A DNA stretch of 64,000 nt, from assembly GCF_039654945.1 (NCBI RefSeq), contig NW_027361993.1:10416001-10480000 (forward strand), given 5' to 3'. The position numbers were made by a program, and so were the translations under genes. Under the pieces are notes generated by a model. It had not been told where the DNA came from, made no database searches, and saw nothing but the letters and a program-made list of their open reading frames with translations. Position 1 is the first letter of the stretch. Each line of letters begins with the position of its first letter. Positions 39,901 to 53,310 of the stretch are shown piece after piece. Origin of the DNA: Dendrobates tinctorius. Taxonomy: Eukaryota.

Positions 39901-41081
39901 ATGGCCCCATGTAATATGAGGACCCCGGACCATCAGGCTGACAGCGGCCTCAGAAAGGTAAGAGCCCCCCGACTAGTGGCAGCGTCCCCCCATATCTCTA
40001 CATGTAGAAACTTATAGGAACAGGAGTCAGAGATGTTTTCCAAGTTGTCATCCATAGACATGGCCACTGGCGCAGGGTAATAATGAGAGATTCTTTTCTG
40101 CAGCTGAGGAAGCCGGTGATTGAGAAGATGAGGAGAGATCGGATTAACAGCAGCATTGAGCAGCTCCGCATCTTACTGGAGAAGGAGTTTCAGAGACATC
40201 AGCTCCCCTCCAAACCGGAGAAAGCCGATATCCTGGAGATGACGGTCACCTTCCTGCAGCGGCACATGGAGGAGAGGGGTAAGTGTCGTGTCCGCACTCC
40301 TCATACCCCTCACGTGTTTCTTAGGCCTCTTTCACACTTCAGTTTTTTACAATCAGTCACAATCCGCTAGGTTTTGAAAAAAACGGATCCTCAATTTTCT
40401 TTTGAGGATCCGTTTTTTTCCCCATTGACTTCCATTACTGGCGGATTGTGACGGATTGCCGTCCGTTGCATCCGTTTTTTTTGAGGATCCGCCAAAACTT
40501 GCTGTCCGTCACCATCCTCAAAGATTTCAAAACGGAGCTTGCAACGTTTTTTTTTTCTGGCGGATCCTCCAGACACTAATTTAACCCGATATTCTTCCTG
40601 AGTGCCGGACAAAAAAAAAATCTCTCTCTCTCGGCCAGCGTTTCCTTTAAATTTCCTCATTTTCAGGATCCGTCTGAAAACGGATCCTGTGCCATCCGTT
40701 CACATCAGTTCAGAATGGATCCGCTTGTCTGCCTTTTTGGCGGATTTGAACTGATGCAAAAAACTGAAGTGTGAAAGAGGCCTTACCGAGAGCATAGCAG
40801 CCGGTGATGGACGCTGTCACTGACATGTTATCTTTCCTGTTCTAGATGTCACAGCCTCTAGCCAGGCCCAGAGAGAAGGCTACTCCACCTGCGCCCAGGA
40901 CGCCGTCACCTTCCTGACCCAGCACAAACAGAGCAACCTCCAGATCCAGCTGCTGCAGAACCTCCCTGGGGCTCACACTGTGGTATACAGGGCCGCATCT
41001 CCTCCTGTATCTCCTGTCTACCAGACCCCCAGCAAGTACAGCCCCCCAGACAGCAGCACAGCCTTGTGGAGACCCTGGTAA
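39901..41081 (+). CDS. hes5: HES5-like repressor, copy 2 (155 aa)
   Basis: Exons 39901-39957, 40104-40278, 40846-41081. Intact bHLH and Orange region (EGYSTCAQDAVTFLTQHKQSNLQIQLLQNL); ends ALWRPW-TAA. Confidence 0.95.
40324..40782. mobile_element. 459-bp PIF/Harbinger-like MITE in intron 2 of copy 2
   Basis: TIR GGCCTCTTTCACACTTCAGTTTTTT, TTA duplication; the empty site GTTTC-TTA-CCGAG is seen in copies 3 and 4. Confidence 0.92.
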
Positions 41082-42193
41082 CATGGCCTCCGGATCATAC
41101 AAGACTGTTGGACACTTTAGAGTCCATCGGACATAGAGACAAACTTCTTGCACTGTGCAGCATGGCGGACGCGCTATGGGCACCATTGTATTGTACTAGT
41201 GTAGGACACATTTAGGGTCCACCGCTGACCTGATGTCCTCCTAAGTCTTCCATGAAGAGTTTGTCCTGGAGAAGCTGCTGTTAGTATGGGGATCCCAGAG
41301 AGAGGGGTAGCTTATTGCTATATATTTATTTTTCTGTGATATATTTATAATATTGTTGATTAACCCCTTCACTTCTTGGGAGGGACGTGTCTTTGCTTTT
41401 AAGATAGGAGGCCCAGGTGTCTCATGTCCATGAGTCTCAATGAACTTGAAGTAGTAGTTTTACCTATGAAAACTTTATTTAGTCTGCAATTCGCACATTA
41501 TAGTAATAAGGTGCCCCGAGACGTCTGTGGGACCGACTTGTACCTATATGACTATACCTTCATACGTGATGCCAATATCTTCATGTATTGCATCCTTCAT
41601 TACAAAGTTATCCTCATATAATGAAGAATGCTTTATTAATGTGTCCCCAGGATCTATTCAAAACCTGGAGATAATGTAACATGCTGCTTGGTAAAGGATA
41701 CGGCATATACTGCTCTAGGGAACAAGCTATAACTTGTGCAGTGGGGTAAGGCACCCGTAATGGTGACCTGATGGATGTGTGTAACAGGAGAGACATCCGG
41801 GACAATGACTCCCAGATAGCGGGAAACACAAGGCAATGTGCATGTGTTATGTGATATATTATATATATGTGCTGTTACTGTATATGGATTCCAGTATCTG
41901 GAAATAAGTGAATAATTATGTTATTATGTCATATATATTATTACGTCAGCCTTGTAATGGGGTTTTACTCATGGTATCAGCGCTGGATGGAATTCTGAAT
42001 TTGTACTTTCTTGAGTGCAACCAAATGTATGAATATATTATTCATTGGAAAAAAGTAATAAAATAACTTTGCATTTAGCTGTTCTGTTTCCTGATTTATT
42101 ATTTCCCAAAAATATTATGTTAGTGTCTGCGTGAAATAAATAGTTAATAATGGGAGTTTGACTGTACATCTATCTATCTATCATCTCTCTATC

Positions 42194-42397
42194 TATAGAA
42201 AAAATGGAAGCAGCACACCATCATAGTGCAAAAAACAAGTAGCTTTTAATAGCCCATCATGTGACGGTTTGGCTCTGTGTGGGAGCCTTCTTCAGGCTTG
42301 AAGAAGGCTCACACTCAGAGCGGAAACATCGCATGGGCTATTAAATGATACTTGTTTTTTTGCGCTATGATGGTGTGCTGCTTCCATTTCTTCTATA
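42194..42397. repeat. ~200-bp palindrome of two Penelope pseudo-LTR-like ends
   Basis: Arms are reverse complements; the centre has back-to-back (C/T)TGAAGAAGGCTC..GAGC..AAAC motifs; flanked by (TCTA)n. Confidence 0.7.
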
Positions 42398-42422
42398 CAT
42401 TATAAGGACTGGAATGTATCTG

Positions 42423-42466
<44 letters not shown>

Positions 42467-42838
42467 TTTCTAGCTATGATCTATCTATGATCTGTTTATC
42501 TACAAAACAAAGAATACAGCAGCCTCTGTAAGCACTAAGATATCTGCAAACATTAAATATATGATATTTGGACTGCTATATAAAATATGAAACTTAATAG
42601 CAAAAGAGGTCTAAAAGTCCTCCAAAAATTAAAGAATTAATACAGCAGAAAAGGGGCAGCAGTGTTTACCTGCCCAGGTCTCCGAACACAGGCACTATCA
42701 GGATGCAGCAAACCCATGTAGTAAAGATGACGGCAACACCCCCTCCATGAATTGGTAGGTTGTGAGTGGTTGTCTTATCAGTATCTTGCACCTGTGTTGC
42801 CGCCATCTTTACTACATGGGTTTACTGCATCCTGATAG

Positions 42839-43723
42839 TGTCACGTATACCTATCCCGTGTGACATGACCCGCAGGTTGGTAACTAAAACAACAAGACAA
42901 AAGGGGAACACCGGGGAAACAGTTACAACGGTGGGCCCTGCAATAGGGAATGGGGACGTGGAGACCTCCTGCACTCCCTTGAGGCAGTGTCCCTGAACAC
43001 TCCTAATGGTCACTATACAGGCTCCTCACCTGTCGTCGAGCAGGATACCTGAATCCCTCACTATCCCTGCACCTATCCCTTGCTAGGGAACTGGATAGTG
43101 CGGACACTGGTCCCACCGCTGTACTAATACACACAAAGGAAAAAAGGGGAAAACACCAAAACACATATCTTTCTCTGCTGCAGTCACCAGGCAGCAGAGT
43201 GCAGCACCAGATCTGCTTTCAGCAGTGGCTCGACACCTCAGAGCCAGCTGCTACTGTCACCATCTTTCTAGGCTGCAGTCATCAGGCAGCAGAGTTCATC
43301 ACCGGATTAACTTTCAGCAGTGGCTCGACACCTCAGAGCCAGCTGCTACCTTCACCATCTATCTCTGATGCAGACACCAAGCAGGCAGAGTTCAGCACCA
43401 GTTTCAGCAGTGGCTCGACACCGCAGAGCCAGCTGCTACTTCACCAGGTTTCAGCAGTGGCTCAACACCTCAGAGCAAGCTGCTCACTTCACCATGGTTG
43501 GAATCCAAAAGGGACCTGCTATAACCAACACCTGCTGATACACCAGGTGACCTTATATAGCCAAGGGAGTGGTCACATCAGCAGGGAAAGCAACAGACAT
43601 GCAATAACACCTATGGCCACCGGGGCAAAAACCCATATTAAGCTCCCATGCCTGAAAGGAAAAAAAAAGGTTTAAATGAGGGAATCCCGAATCTGACTCA
43701 GATCCAAGAATTGGACTGTGACA
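42839..43723. mobile_element. Probable solo LTR with internal tandem repeats
   Basis: TGTCAC..GTGACA ends; interrupts CTGATAGTGCCT of the host repeat; no clear target duplication. Confidence 0.5.
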
Positions 43724-44870
43724 GTGCCTTTGTTCAGTGACCTGGGCAGGTAAACACTGCTGCCTCTTTTCTGCTGTATTAATTCTTGAATTTTTGGTGG
43801 ATTTTTTTTCCTCTTTTTGTGGCTTTGCTGCTAAGATTATTGTTAAAACTCACAAGTGTGAGGACCCTTGACACGGATTGCGAGCTTACATATCTTGGCC
43901 AAAATATCGACCAATTCCTCACATATTTATATGTATTTTTGCATCTAATTTTTCAGGGTGCAGCCAAGCCCCAGCACATTAGGTCTTGTAAACTGGGGTG
44001 TTCACATGGGATGCATTTAGATAGTGCTGGGCAGCCCACCTGATCAAATAGTATGGTCGTCACTAATAGGCTGTAAACCATACACTGTGCATTACCTGCA
44101 TGTGAACAGCACCCTAAGCAAGCCTCTTTTGTGCAATCATATACTAAGCAATCACCCCCTCCATGAATTGGTAGGATGTGAGTGGTTGTCTCATCAGTAT
44201 TTTGCACCTGTGTTCCCGCCATCTTTACTACAGGGGTTTGCTGCATCCTGATAGTGCATTTGTTCGGAGACCTGGGCTGGTAAGCACTGCTGCCCCTTTT
44301 CTGCTATATTAACTATATAAAATACGCTAATAAAAATGAAGATATTTGGCACATTAATTAGCCAAGTCATGAGAGCCCACCAGCCATGACAAGGCAAACA
44401 TTCTCTTATAGCACCCTGAACTAATATTTGTCAAACATGCCTCTCCCAGCTCAAAAGCCTACAAATTTAAAGGGCGGGTAAGATCGAGCATTAATTTAAA
44501 TCAGCCTTGGGCTGCGCACTCCTCCCACCAGTCTTAGCCTGTTTTAATTACTGTTGGATCCTACAATCACTTTAAATTTGCAGGCTTCTAGCTAGGGAGA
44601 GGCATGTTTGATAAATATTAAGTTTAAGGTCTCATCAAAAAAGGTCACTTGTCATAGCTGGTGGGCTCTTCTGAATTGGACAATTTATGCGAGATGCAGA
44701 TTAATTTTTATAAGTATATTCTATGTAGCAGTAATGCAGTCCAAAATGCATATATTCAATGTTTGCATACATTTGCACTTACAGAGGTTGTGGTATTCTC
44801 TTGTTAGTATATTACGCAGTCATAGCAACTTGCAACTGTTCAGAGGTGCTGGTCAGTTCAGATTTTTTTG

Positions 44871-44929
<59 letters not shown>
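44871..44929. repeat. (TATC)n microsatellite
   Basis: Direct; similar tracts at ~20769, ~27738 and ~42429. Confidence 0.95.
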
Positions 44930-44930
<1 letters not shown>

Positions 44931-45347
44931 GTAATGATTTATGCATCTTATACCTATCGAGTTATCTATAATCTATTATCTCTTTATTTCCTATCTATGT
45001 ATGTCACCTATCCACTATCAGTTTATCTGTCTATCTTTCTTTCTATCTTTACATCTATCTAATATATATCAATTGATCCACCCATCCACCCATCTAGCTA
45101 GCTTTTTTTTTACTTTCTCCACCTTAAAAAAAAGTGTAAAAGCCATCCCACCAAGACAAGGTGTACCCAATTCCTTGATGGTCCTATCTGTAATATAAAA
45201 CCTCTTTATGTGACAGCCTGCCTCAATAGATGGGGGCAGAACAGAACAAATAAATAACAAAGCTCAGTATAATAAAGTAATATTTGTCATCTTGGTTGTA
45301 GCCTATGCAGAGCGCAGCAGTAGATGACAAACATGTCTCCACTGGAA

Positions 45348-45610
45348 ATTATTATTATTATGCATTTATATAGCGCCATTTATTCCATGGCGCTTTACAT
45401 GTTAAAAGGGGAATTATAGACAAGTATAATATAAACAAGAATAATAAACAAGTGTATGACAAGGGACGCACAAGTACATAAGGAGAGAGGACCCTGCCCG
45501 CGAGGGCTCACAGTCTACAGGGATGGGTGAGAATACAGTAGGAGAGGAAAGAGCAGGTCGTGCGGTGGTTCAGTAGACCGAGGATCATTGCAGGCTGTAG
45601 GCTTGTCAGA
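45348..45610 (-). mobile_element. L2 3' fragment
   Basis: (ATT)n + TAGCGCCATTTATTCCATGGCGCTTTACATG, the reverse complement of 24280-24312. Confidence 0.8.
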
Positions 45611-46136
45611 AATGACACAAGATTAGCACATAATGAATGAAGACAGTATTGTATAAAGTGCTGCTCTCTTCTTTCCTTACTTAGAGCTGGTTATTATATT
45701 TTTTACACCTTTTATAACCCTAACTAGGTATAGCAATTGGGCTAGTTTTAGGTCTAAGAACTGGGTTAGGGTTAGGCCAATGGGAATAAAATTGATACAT
45801 AAACATGTAATAAAAAAATCTAAAAAAAACAACATGACCACTTATTTTTAAAATCTTAACAAAAAGCAGAAAAAACTAGGAGGTAAAAGCACAAAATATA
45901 ATGACATCAGTGTTTTCCTCAAATTTCTGTACTGTACATGTGTTTGGAGGATAAGGGGTTCATTACTGGACTGGTGGAAGGAACTCCGGGAGAATGAATG
46001 GTTCATCATGGGTAAAAGGGAATACATGACTTGCTTTTCCCCAGGCATTAGTAACCCACGCTACACCAGTGAGTGCACATGTCAGTGACAGGTCAGGGGG
46101 TCGTCACTTAGAAGCACAATTTAATCCCATCCTGAG

Positions 46137-46404
46137 CAATGTGTGATTGGTGCAGGTCCCATCTTGTGGCCGGGGTTTCCCACACTCCAGCAGCCTCTAT
46201 TATCTCCTGGATTGGAGCAGATGGACACACGTCCATTGTCCCCGCAGCGGTGGGATTGGAGGGTGAGTGTGGGAACCTCTTGTAAGTCCGCTCTCCACAC
46301 ATCATTATGCAGGGAGAGGGGTATATAGAGGGGAGGCCGCTCACCAGTAGTCAGACAGCTCCTGCCCCACACAGCACAAGACTACAGACTGCCAGACCTG
46401 CACC
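46137..46404 (+). promoter_or_regulatory. Notch-responsive promoter of copy 3
   Basis: Same motif set; similarity to copy 4 starts at CAATGTGTGATTGG. Confidence 0.8.
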
Positions 46405-47125
46405 ATGGCCCCATGTAATATGAGGACCCCGGACCACCAGGCTGACAGCGGCCTCAGAAAGGTAAGAGCCCCCCGACTAGTGGCAGCGTCCCCCCCATAT
46501 ATCTACACGTAGAAACTTATAGGAACAGGAGTCGGATGTTTTCCAAGTTGTCATCCATAGACATGGCCACTGGCGCAGGGTAATAATGAGAGATTCTTCT
46601 TTTCTGCAGCTGAGGAAGCCGGTGATTGAGAAGATGAGGAGAGATCGGATTAACAGCAGCATTGAGCAGCTCCGCATCTTACTGGAGAAGGAGTTTCAGA
46701 GACATCAGCTCCCCTCCAAACCGGAGAAAGCCGATATCCTGGAGATGACGGTCACCTTCCTGCAGCGGCACATGGCGGAGAGAGGTAAGTGTCGTGTCCG
46801 CACTCCTCACACCCCTCACGTGTTTCTTACCGAGAGCAGAGCAGCCGGTGATGGACGCTGTCACTGACATGTTATCTTTCCTGCTCTAGATGTCACAGCC
46901 TCCAGCCAGGCCCAGAGAGAAGGCTACTCCACCTGCGCCCAGGACGCCGTCACCTTCCTGACCCAGCACAAACAGAGCGACCTCCAGGTCCAGCTGCTGC
47001 AGAACCTCCCTGGGGCTCACACTGTGGTATACAGGGCCGTATCGCCTCCTGTATCTTCTGTCTACCAGACCCCCAGCAAGTACAGCCCCCCAGACAGCAG
47101 CACAGCCTTGTGGAGACCCTGGTAG
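46405..47125 (+). CDS. hes5: HES5-like repressor, copy 3 (155 aa)
   Basis: Exons 46405-46461, 46610-46784, 46890-47125; 105-nt intron 2; ends ALWRPW-TAG. Confidence 0.95.
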
Positions 47126-47152
47126 TGACTGTATCCATTATGTGTGTGTGGA

Positions 47153-48243
47153 CTGGGAGCTGTGTACCCCCAGTATACCTGAGATCCGGGATCTGTGTAC
47201 CCCCAGTATACCCGAGAGCGGGGAGCTGTGTACCCCCAGTATACGAGACAGTGGGGAGCTGTATACCCCTCCAGTATACCTGAGAGCAGGGAGCTGTATA
47301 ACCCCAGTATTCCTGAGTTCTGTGTACCCCCAGTATACCTGAGAGCTGGGCGCTGTGTACACCCAGTGTATACCTGAGAGCTGTTTTACCCCCAGTATTC
47401 CTGAGTGCTCTGTGCCCCCAGTATTCCTGAGAGCTGTGTACCCCCAGTATACCTGAGAGCTGGGGGCTGTGTATCAACAGTATACCTGAGAGCAGGGAGC
47501 TGTGTACCCCGAGTATACCTGAGAGCAGGGAGCTGTGTACCCCGAGTATACCTGAGAGCAGGGAGCTGTGTACCCCCAGTATACCTGAGAGCAGGGAGCT
47601 GTGTACCCCCAGTATACCTGAGAGCTGGGAGCTGTGTACTCCCAGTATACCTGAGAGCAGGGAGCTGTGTACCCCCTGTATACCTGAGAGCAGGGAGCTG
47701 TGCACCCCCAGTATACCTGAGAGCAGGGAGCTGTGTACCCCGAGTATACCTGAGAGCAGGGAGCTGTGTACCCCCAGTATACCTGAGAGCTGGGAGCTGT
47801 GTACCCCCAGTATACCTGAGAGCAGGGAGCTGTGTACCCCCTGTATACCTGAGAGAAGGGAGCTGTGTACCCCCTGTATACCTGAGAGCAGGGAGCTGTG
47901 TACCCCCTGTATACCTGAGAGCAGGGAGCTGTGCACCCCCAGTATACCTGAGAGCAGGGAGCTGTGTACCCCCTGTATACCTGAGAGCAGGGAGCTGTGT
48001 ACCCCCTGTATACCTGAGAGCTGGGAGCTGTGTACCCCCAGTATACCTGAGAGCAGGGAGCTGTGTACCCCCAGTATACCTGAGAGCTGGGAGCTGTGTA
48101 CCCCCAGTATACCTGAGAGCAGGGAGCTGTGTACCCCCTGTATACCTGAGAGCAGGGAGCTGTGTACCCCCTGTATACCTGAGAGCAGGGAGCTGTGCAC
48201 CCCCAGTATACCTGAGAGCAGGGAGCTGTGTACCCCCAGTATG
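47153..48243. repeat. 33-bp minisatellite in the 3' UTR region of copy 3
   Basis: Unit GAGAGCAGGGAGCTGTGTACCCCCAGTATACCT, about 30 units. Confidence 0.95.
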
Positions 48244-50381
48244 CCTGTGGATGTCTTCTTGGTGTAATTACTCTGGGATTTTCTCATCCATCATATAATC
48301 TGCTGTCGGCTGCAGATCTCCTGTGTGCACTCGGTTCTATATCCTTCTATGAAGAACAGTCCTGGTCCTATATGGACACAATGTAGGGATATTCCCAATG
48401 ATACAATGTATCAGATTATATATAGTGTGTTCTGGCTCTATAGAGAGTGACGTATTGTATGTATATATCAGTGCTGCAGTGCAAAGCATTGCAGAATAAT
48501 GGAGGTGAGACCCCCGGCCTGATATATACAGTAGATATTATATATCATTCAGTCTTGTAATCCTACAGACTTCTGTACAGTAATATTTACATTGCTAGAT
48601 TCAGTGTATAGATGTACTGTGTACAGCGCCCCCTATAGTTCACTATTATTAGTGGTTAATGCTCTGTATATTGAATATTCAATAAATTAACAGGAGGCAT
48701 ATTTTCTATGTATGTTCATGATTATTGATTATAATGTAATGCTATGCAGGATGAAGTCATATACTTTACAACAGTATACAATATTTGTAATAATTGTCTC
48801 CTTATAGTTCACTATTATTAGTGGTAAATGTTCTATATATTATACTGTATTATGTGCGTCTGATAAATTATCAGAATATTCTAAATTCTATGAATTGTAC
48901 ATTATGTGATATGTATTATGGATTATTTTATTCCACGGTTTTCCTATATGGTATGCAATATTTGCAACAAATGTTAGAAAGTTATGTATAATATACACTG
49001 TATTGTGCAATATTTGCAGCATTACATCAGTGATGTTCCGTATATTATACACTGACTGCACGTGTCTGTGTACTTTGTATACTCTTATTAGTGGACAATG
49101 TTCAGTTGTCATATATTTTGAAATAAGTTGCAATCAATAAAATAAATTATTGTACATACGCTAAGTTTTCATTAATGTTGTGATGTTTGTACAACGGTAT
49201 TATCCTTAGCCCATCCCCCCATCAAAATCATTTTTCACTGGGGTCCCCCTTTTCAGAATGGTTTTTCATTTATCTCCGCCCCTCCCCTCCGTGATTGACA
49301 GCTCTGACTGATGGAAAAGAAGTAGGTGAGTGGGTGCACTGAACTGTTCGGGCACTATAAGGGTGCACCCAGCCCCTGTGCTTGGTATGAACAGTCATTT
49401 TGTGCTGACAGCAGCACTCCCAGGAATATCTAGATTTCTTAGTCCCTTTGCATAAAGCGTGCTGTACAGTGTGTATGTGGTCCTATATGTACTGATCACT
49501 GTCTTGTATGATATCAGTATAGCTGCTCCTCTTCTCTACCTTGTGACCACATTACAGATTAGCAGCTCACACAGCAGATTCTTTGCTAGACCTGAATTTG
49601 ATTTTTTTAGTGTAACCCTATGAGACTCACATAGAGGCGTTTGTAGGATTGCACTGAGAAAGTGATTTTTGGTCCGCACAAAAGTCTCCATGTTAGACAG
49701 CCAGTCTGAATTGTGGTCTCATGATGCAAAAAAGGATTGAGGATCGCTGATCACATGAGAAGAGAAAGTTAGAAGAAAGAAAAGTAACATTACAGCCATA
49801 ACTTCATAGCTACCATCCTGCTGCATTCTGCCAATTAAATATCCCTCCCATCTTTCTTCAGTCCCCTCCAACATAAAGTCCCATATAAACAACATCAATC
49901 CCCTGTAAAGATAGTGCAAATACACTCGAAGGATCCGGTCCATCCACCACGTCAGTGTTCTGTGGCCACTGTACAGGAGCCCTGAAAACCATTTCTTATT
50001 TGATGGCATCAGCCGCTCTTCTTTTGATTAGCCGATGCCACTATCATCTTTGCAGCGTGATACACATGTGATACCTCCAGTATAATGGCCAAAGGACCGC
50101 GTCCTGTAAATCCATTCGCCCCTGTAACATACAGCTGTGATCACACCAACATTGCTCAATGGTATTGATAAAGATTGGCTAATATTTTAAGCCGAAAGCT
50201 CAAAAATCCCATTTTAACCAATCCAAAATAAAACATAATGTGACAACTGCACATCGCCCCTGCAAAATGGAAGCTCAGATTGGCTGAAGATTGGCAATCA
50301 TAATGATGAGGTCGCTCTGATGTAAGATGGGGTGGGTATACATAGTTTATTCTGCCATACTGATTTGCATTTTGCCTCATT

Positions 50382-50419
50382 GCCCTGAGGAAGCCCATAA
50401 GGGCGAAACATGTTGGGGA
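50382..50419 (+). ncRNA. Minimal type-I hammerhead-ribozyme motif with intact core
   Basis: GCC-CTGAGGA-A-GCCC-ATAA-GGGC-GAAA-CATG-TT-GGGG. Confidence 0.75.
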
Positions 50420-52603
50420 GGCTCTTCCACTGTTTTAATAGCGCCTTATTCCTCTGGTCATTAAAGAACACAAAATAAGACACAATCCTTGATGGTTAGA
50501 TAATGGAGGGCGGTGCTTGTGCTTTATGCTAGTAATACAATGTGAGGCTATTGGAGCTGTACACCTTTGCAGCTACAAATAGGAGATCTATCCAACCCAT
50601 ATTACAATTGAATAGCTCAACCAGCACAGCAATGTGACTTCTTGGGATACATTATTTAAACATAGGTAGGACCAATAAGGAACAGAGTGTAATTTTATTG
50701 TGCACCTTAACATACGATTTGCATCAGTTACTGATATTTTTAATTTTAAAATTAAAAGTTATGTTTTATTTTGGAATGGTGAAAGTAGGATTTGTTGGCC
50801 ATTGAATATTGGGTTTAAAATGTATATACAGCTCCATCCTAATGAACAGAGGCATATCTAAGGGGGGGAGGGCGGGTGGCAGGTGGGACATCTGGCCCAG
50901 ATGCAGCCAGAAAGGGGCCTGGCACAGAGAAGGTTCAGCATGCCAGCTCCTAGTGATCAATTTCAGACATGAGTACAATTGAAGCCTTACAGGATCGACT
51001 ACATCATCTTAATCAGATCATATGATAATAACCCAGTTGACGTCACTTGGTGAGCAGGAGGATGGGTGTGGACAGTATAAGGAGTGGGGGGAATGTATGT
51101 GGACACAAAATGGGGAGAATGGATGCAGAGACAGTATGTGGAGTAAAAAGGGGATAGGTACAGATACAGTGTGGTGAGTAGGGGGATGGGTGTAGACACA
51201 GTATGAGGAGCGAGGGTGATGCGATGGGTGCAGACACAGTATGGCCAGTCAGGGGCATGCGTGAGGAGGCAGTGTGGAGAGCGAGAGGGTAAATACGTGA
51301 GGAGATAGTATTGTTAGAGGAGGGGATGTGAAAGGAGACAACAATCTGAGGAGGGAGGGGTAAGTGTGTGAGGATACTATTGAGAGGAATAGTGTGAGGA
51401 GACAGTATGGGGAGAAAAGTGTGAGTGGTCACAGAATACAGACTGAGTAGTAAGGGGGACAGTGTAAGAGTGTAAAGGTGTGACAGTGACGGTCATACAC
51501 CTCTCCCATGGAGATTACGTTTGTGACTTCTTTCTGTGTTGGAATATGTGACTTTATTGTGCATAGTATCTCACAGGTACTAATGTGTGTAGTTAATGTA
51601 CATGTTATGAATGCATAATGTTCTTTATGGAGGGCACAAAAGAGTATGTATTGTTTGGCAACATGAGGACATCCATCACAAACTTCAGCGGACCTTCCAA
51701 GAACGTTCGGGGACTACGGCCCAACCAAGGTCCTGAGAAGCGTGCATTGATATCTCCATCTGAGAGGAATCTGAATGGGGAATTGCATAATGGAGTTGGG
51801 ACGGAACTCATTTAAGAGGCAAAGCAGGGCAGAGTATCCCAGGGGCCAGAGATGCCATTCAGGAAAGGGATAGCTCATCCTGAAGAAACAGTGAATACAA
51901 CATACTGTACTGTAACAGCAATTGAACTTGGTTTGCTCAGTAAAGTTAATCTGTTTGAAAAGAACTGGGAGTCCCTTATTGAATGTGCGGTTCCTGAAAC
52001 TGGGATCATGGAGACAGTGGAGGACTTTGGTCGAAAAGTGAGTGCTATGCAGTACACACACAGCACATGGGAGCTGGGGCACCATTTATGTGTGGGATAC
52101 CAGGGTGTGGGAACACAGCAGCCCCTTGCCCATCACTACAGCCTTGGCACCTTATAGCTTGGCATAGTTGGCAGGATCTAAAGTCCTTAAATACAGAAAG
52201 CGGAGGAACCCCACAAACGGCCAAGATGGCGGCTGTTAGAAGTCTCAAAATGGTGGATGTTGGTGTGGAAGTTGGTGAAAGCTCCACCCATTTTGGGCAT
52301 CGAAACAGCAAAATGGTGCTAGAATCTGAGAACTTTCTCACCCAGCGAGCAGTGACATCAGTGAGGTAACGGGTTCATCGACTATGAACTCCGTTGACAT
52401 TTTTCACGTCAGCGCTAGATACTGCAGGAGCGTAATCATGCACGTGTCTTAGTGTGTTCTGGCCAGCTTGCTAAGCGGTTGCATCATGTCACCGCTCAAC
52501 AAACTACCCAGATGTAGGAGAGCTGGAGTTCTTCATGGGACAGCATCACATAGAGATTATCGGCGGACAAGTGGAGGATATGGTGGTTTATTGTTTTCTA
52601 TTA

Positions 52604-53310
52604 TCTACTATATAATCGTCTAATTCTGTCTGTCTGTCTGTAACGGAAATCCCGCATCGCTGATTGGTCGCGGCCAGCCGGGCGCGACCAATCAGCGACA
52701 GGCACAGTCCGGCCGTGAATTGGCGCGGAATTCGAATGACGCATGCCACTGCTACCGTCGGGAGATCTGCAGCACTAGACACTGATCTCCCGATGGTTGC
52801 CGCGGGTCATCTCCTTCCACATGAAGGTCAGCGGCGACGCAGCCGGGAGATGACCGACGCAGCACTCAATGTGCAGATGGTACCCAGGGTCTGTAGGAGA
52901 GGAGACTCTCCTCCAGGCCCTGGGTACCATAAACCTGTAAAAAATAGAATTAAAATAAAAAATAGTGATATACTCACCTTTCGACGGCCCCCAGACTCTT
53001 TCCCTCCTCTCACCACGCGCCCAGCATCTTCCGGTCCCAGTAATGCTTTGCGCGAAAGACCGCTTATGACGTCGCACTCTCGCAAGAGTGACGTCAACTC
53101 CGGTCCTTCGCGCTAAGCATTACTGGGACCGGAAGATATCGGGAGCGTGGAGAGGAGATCGGGGGCTGTCGGAAGGTGAGAATAACCTTTTTTTATTTTT
53201 TTATTATTTTTTACATTCTATCTTTACTATTGATGCTGCATAGGCAGCATCAATAGTAAAACATACATATTCTAGAATACCCGATGCGTTAGAATCGGGC
53301 CACTATCTAG
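52604..53310 (+). mobile_element. Non-autonomous Helitron
   Basis: A|TCTACTATATAAT start, subterminal CCCGAT..ATCGGG hairpin, CTAG|T end. Confidence 0.82.

Noticed and set aside
46950-48298. Long ORFs on both strands (445 aa and 297 aa), and similar ones at 63243-63905
   Set aside because: They arise from a stop-free 33-bp unit. The hes stop is a double TAG-TGA, so read-through is unlikely.
51600-52370. Cluster of short overlapping ORFs
   Set aside because: No motif could be assigned; possibly a decayed repeat.
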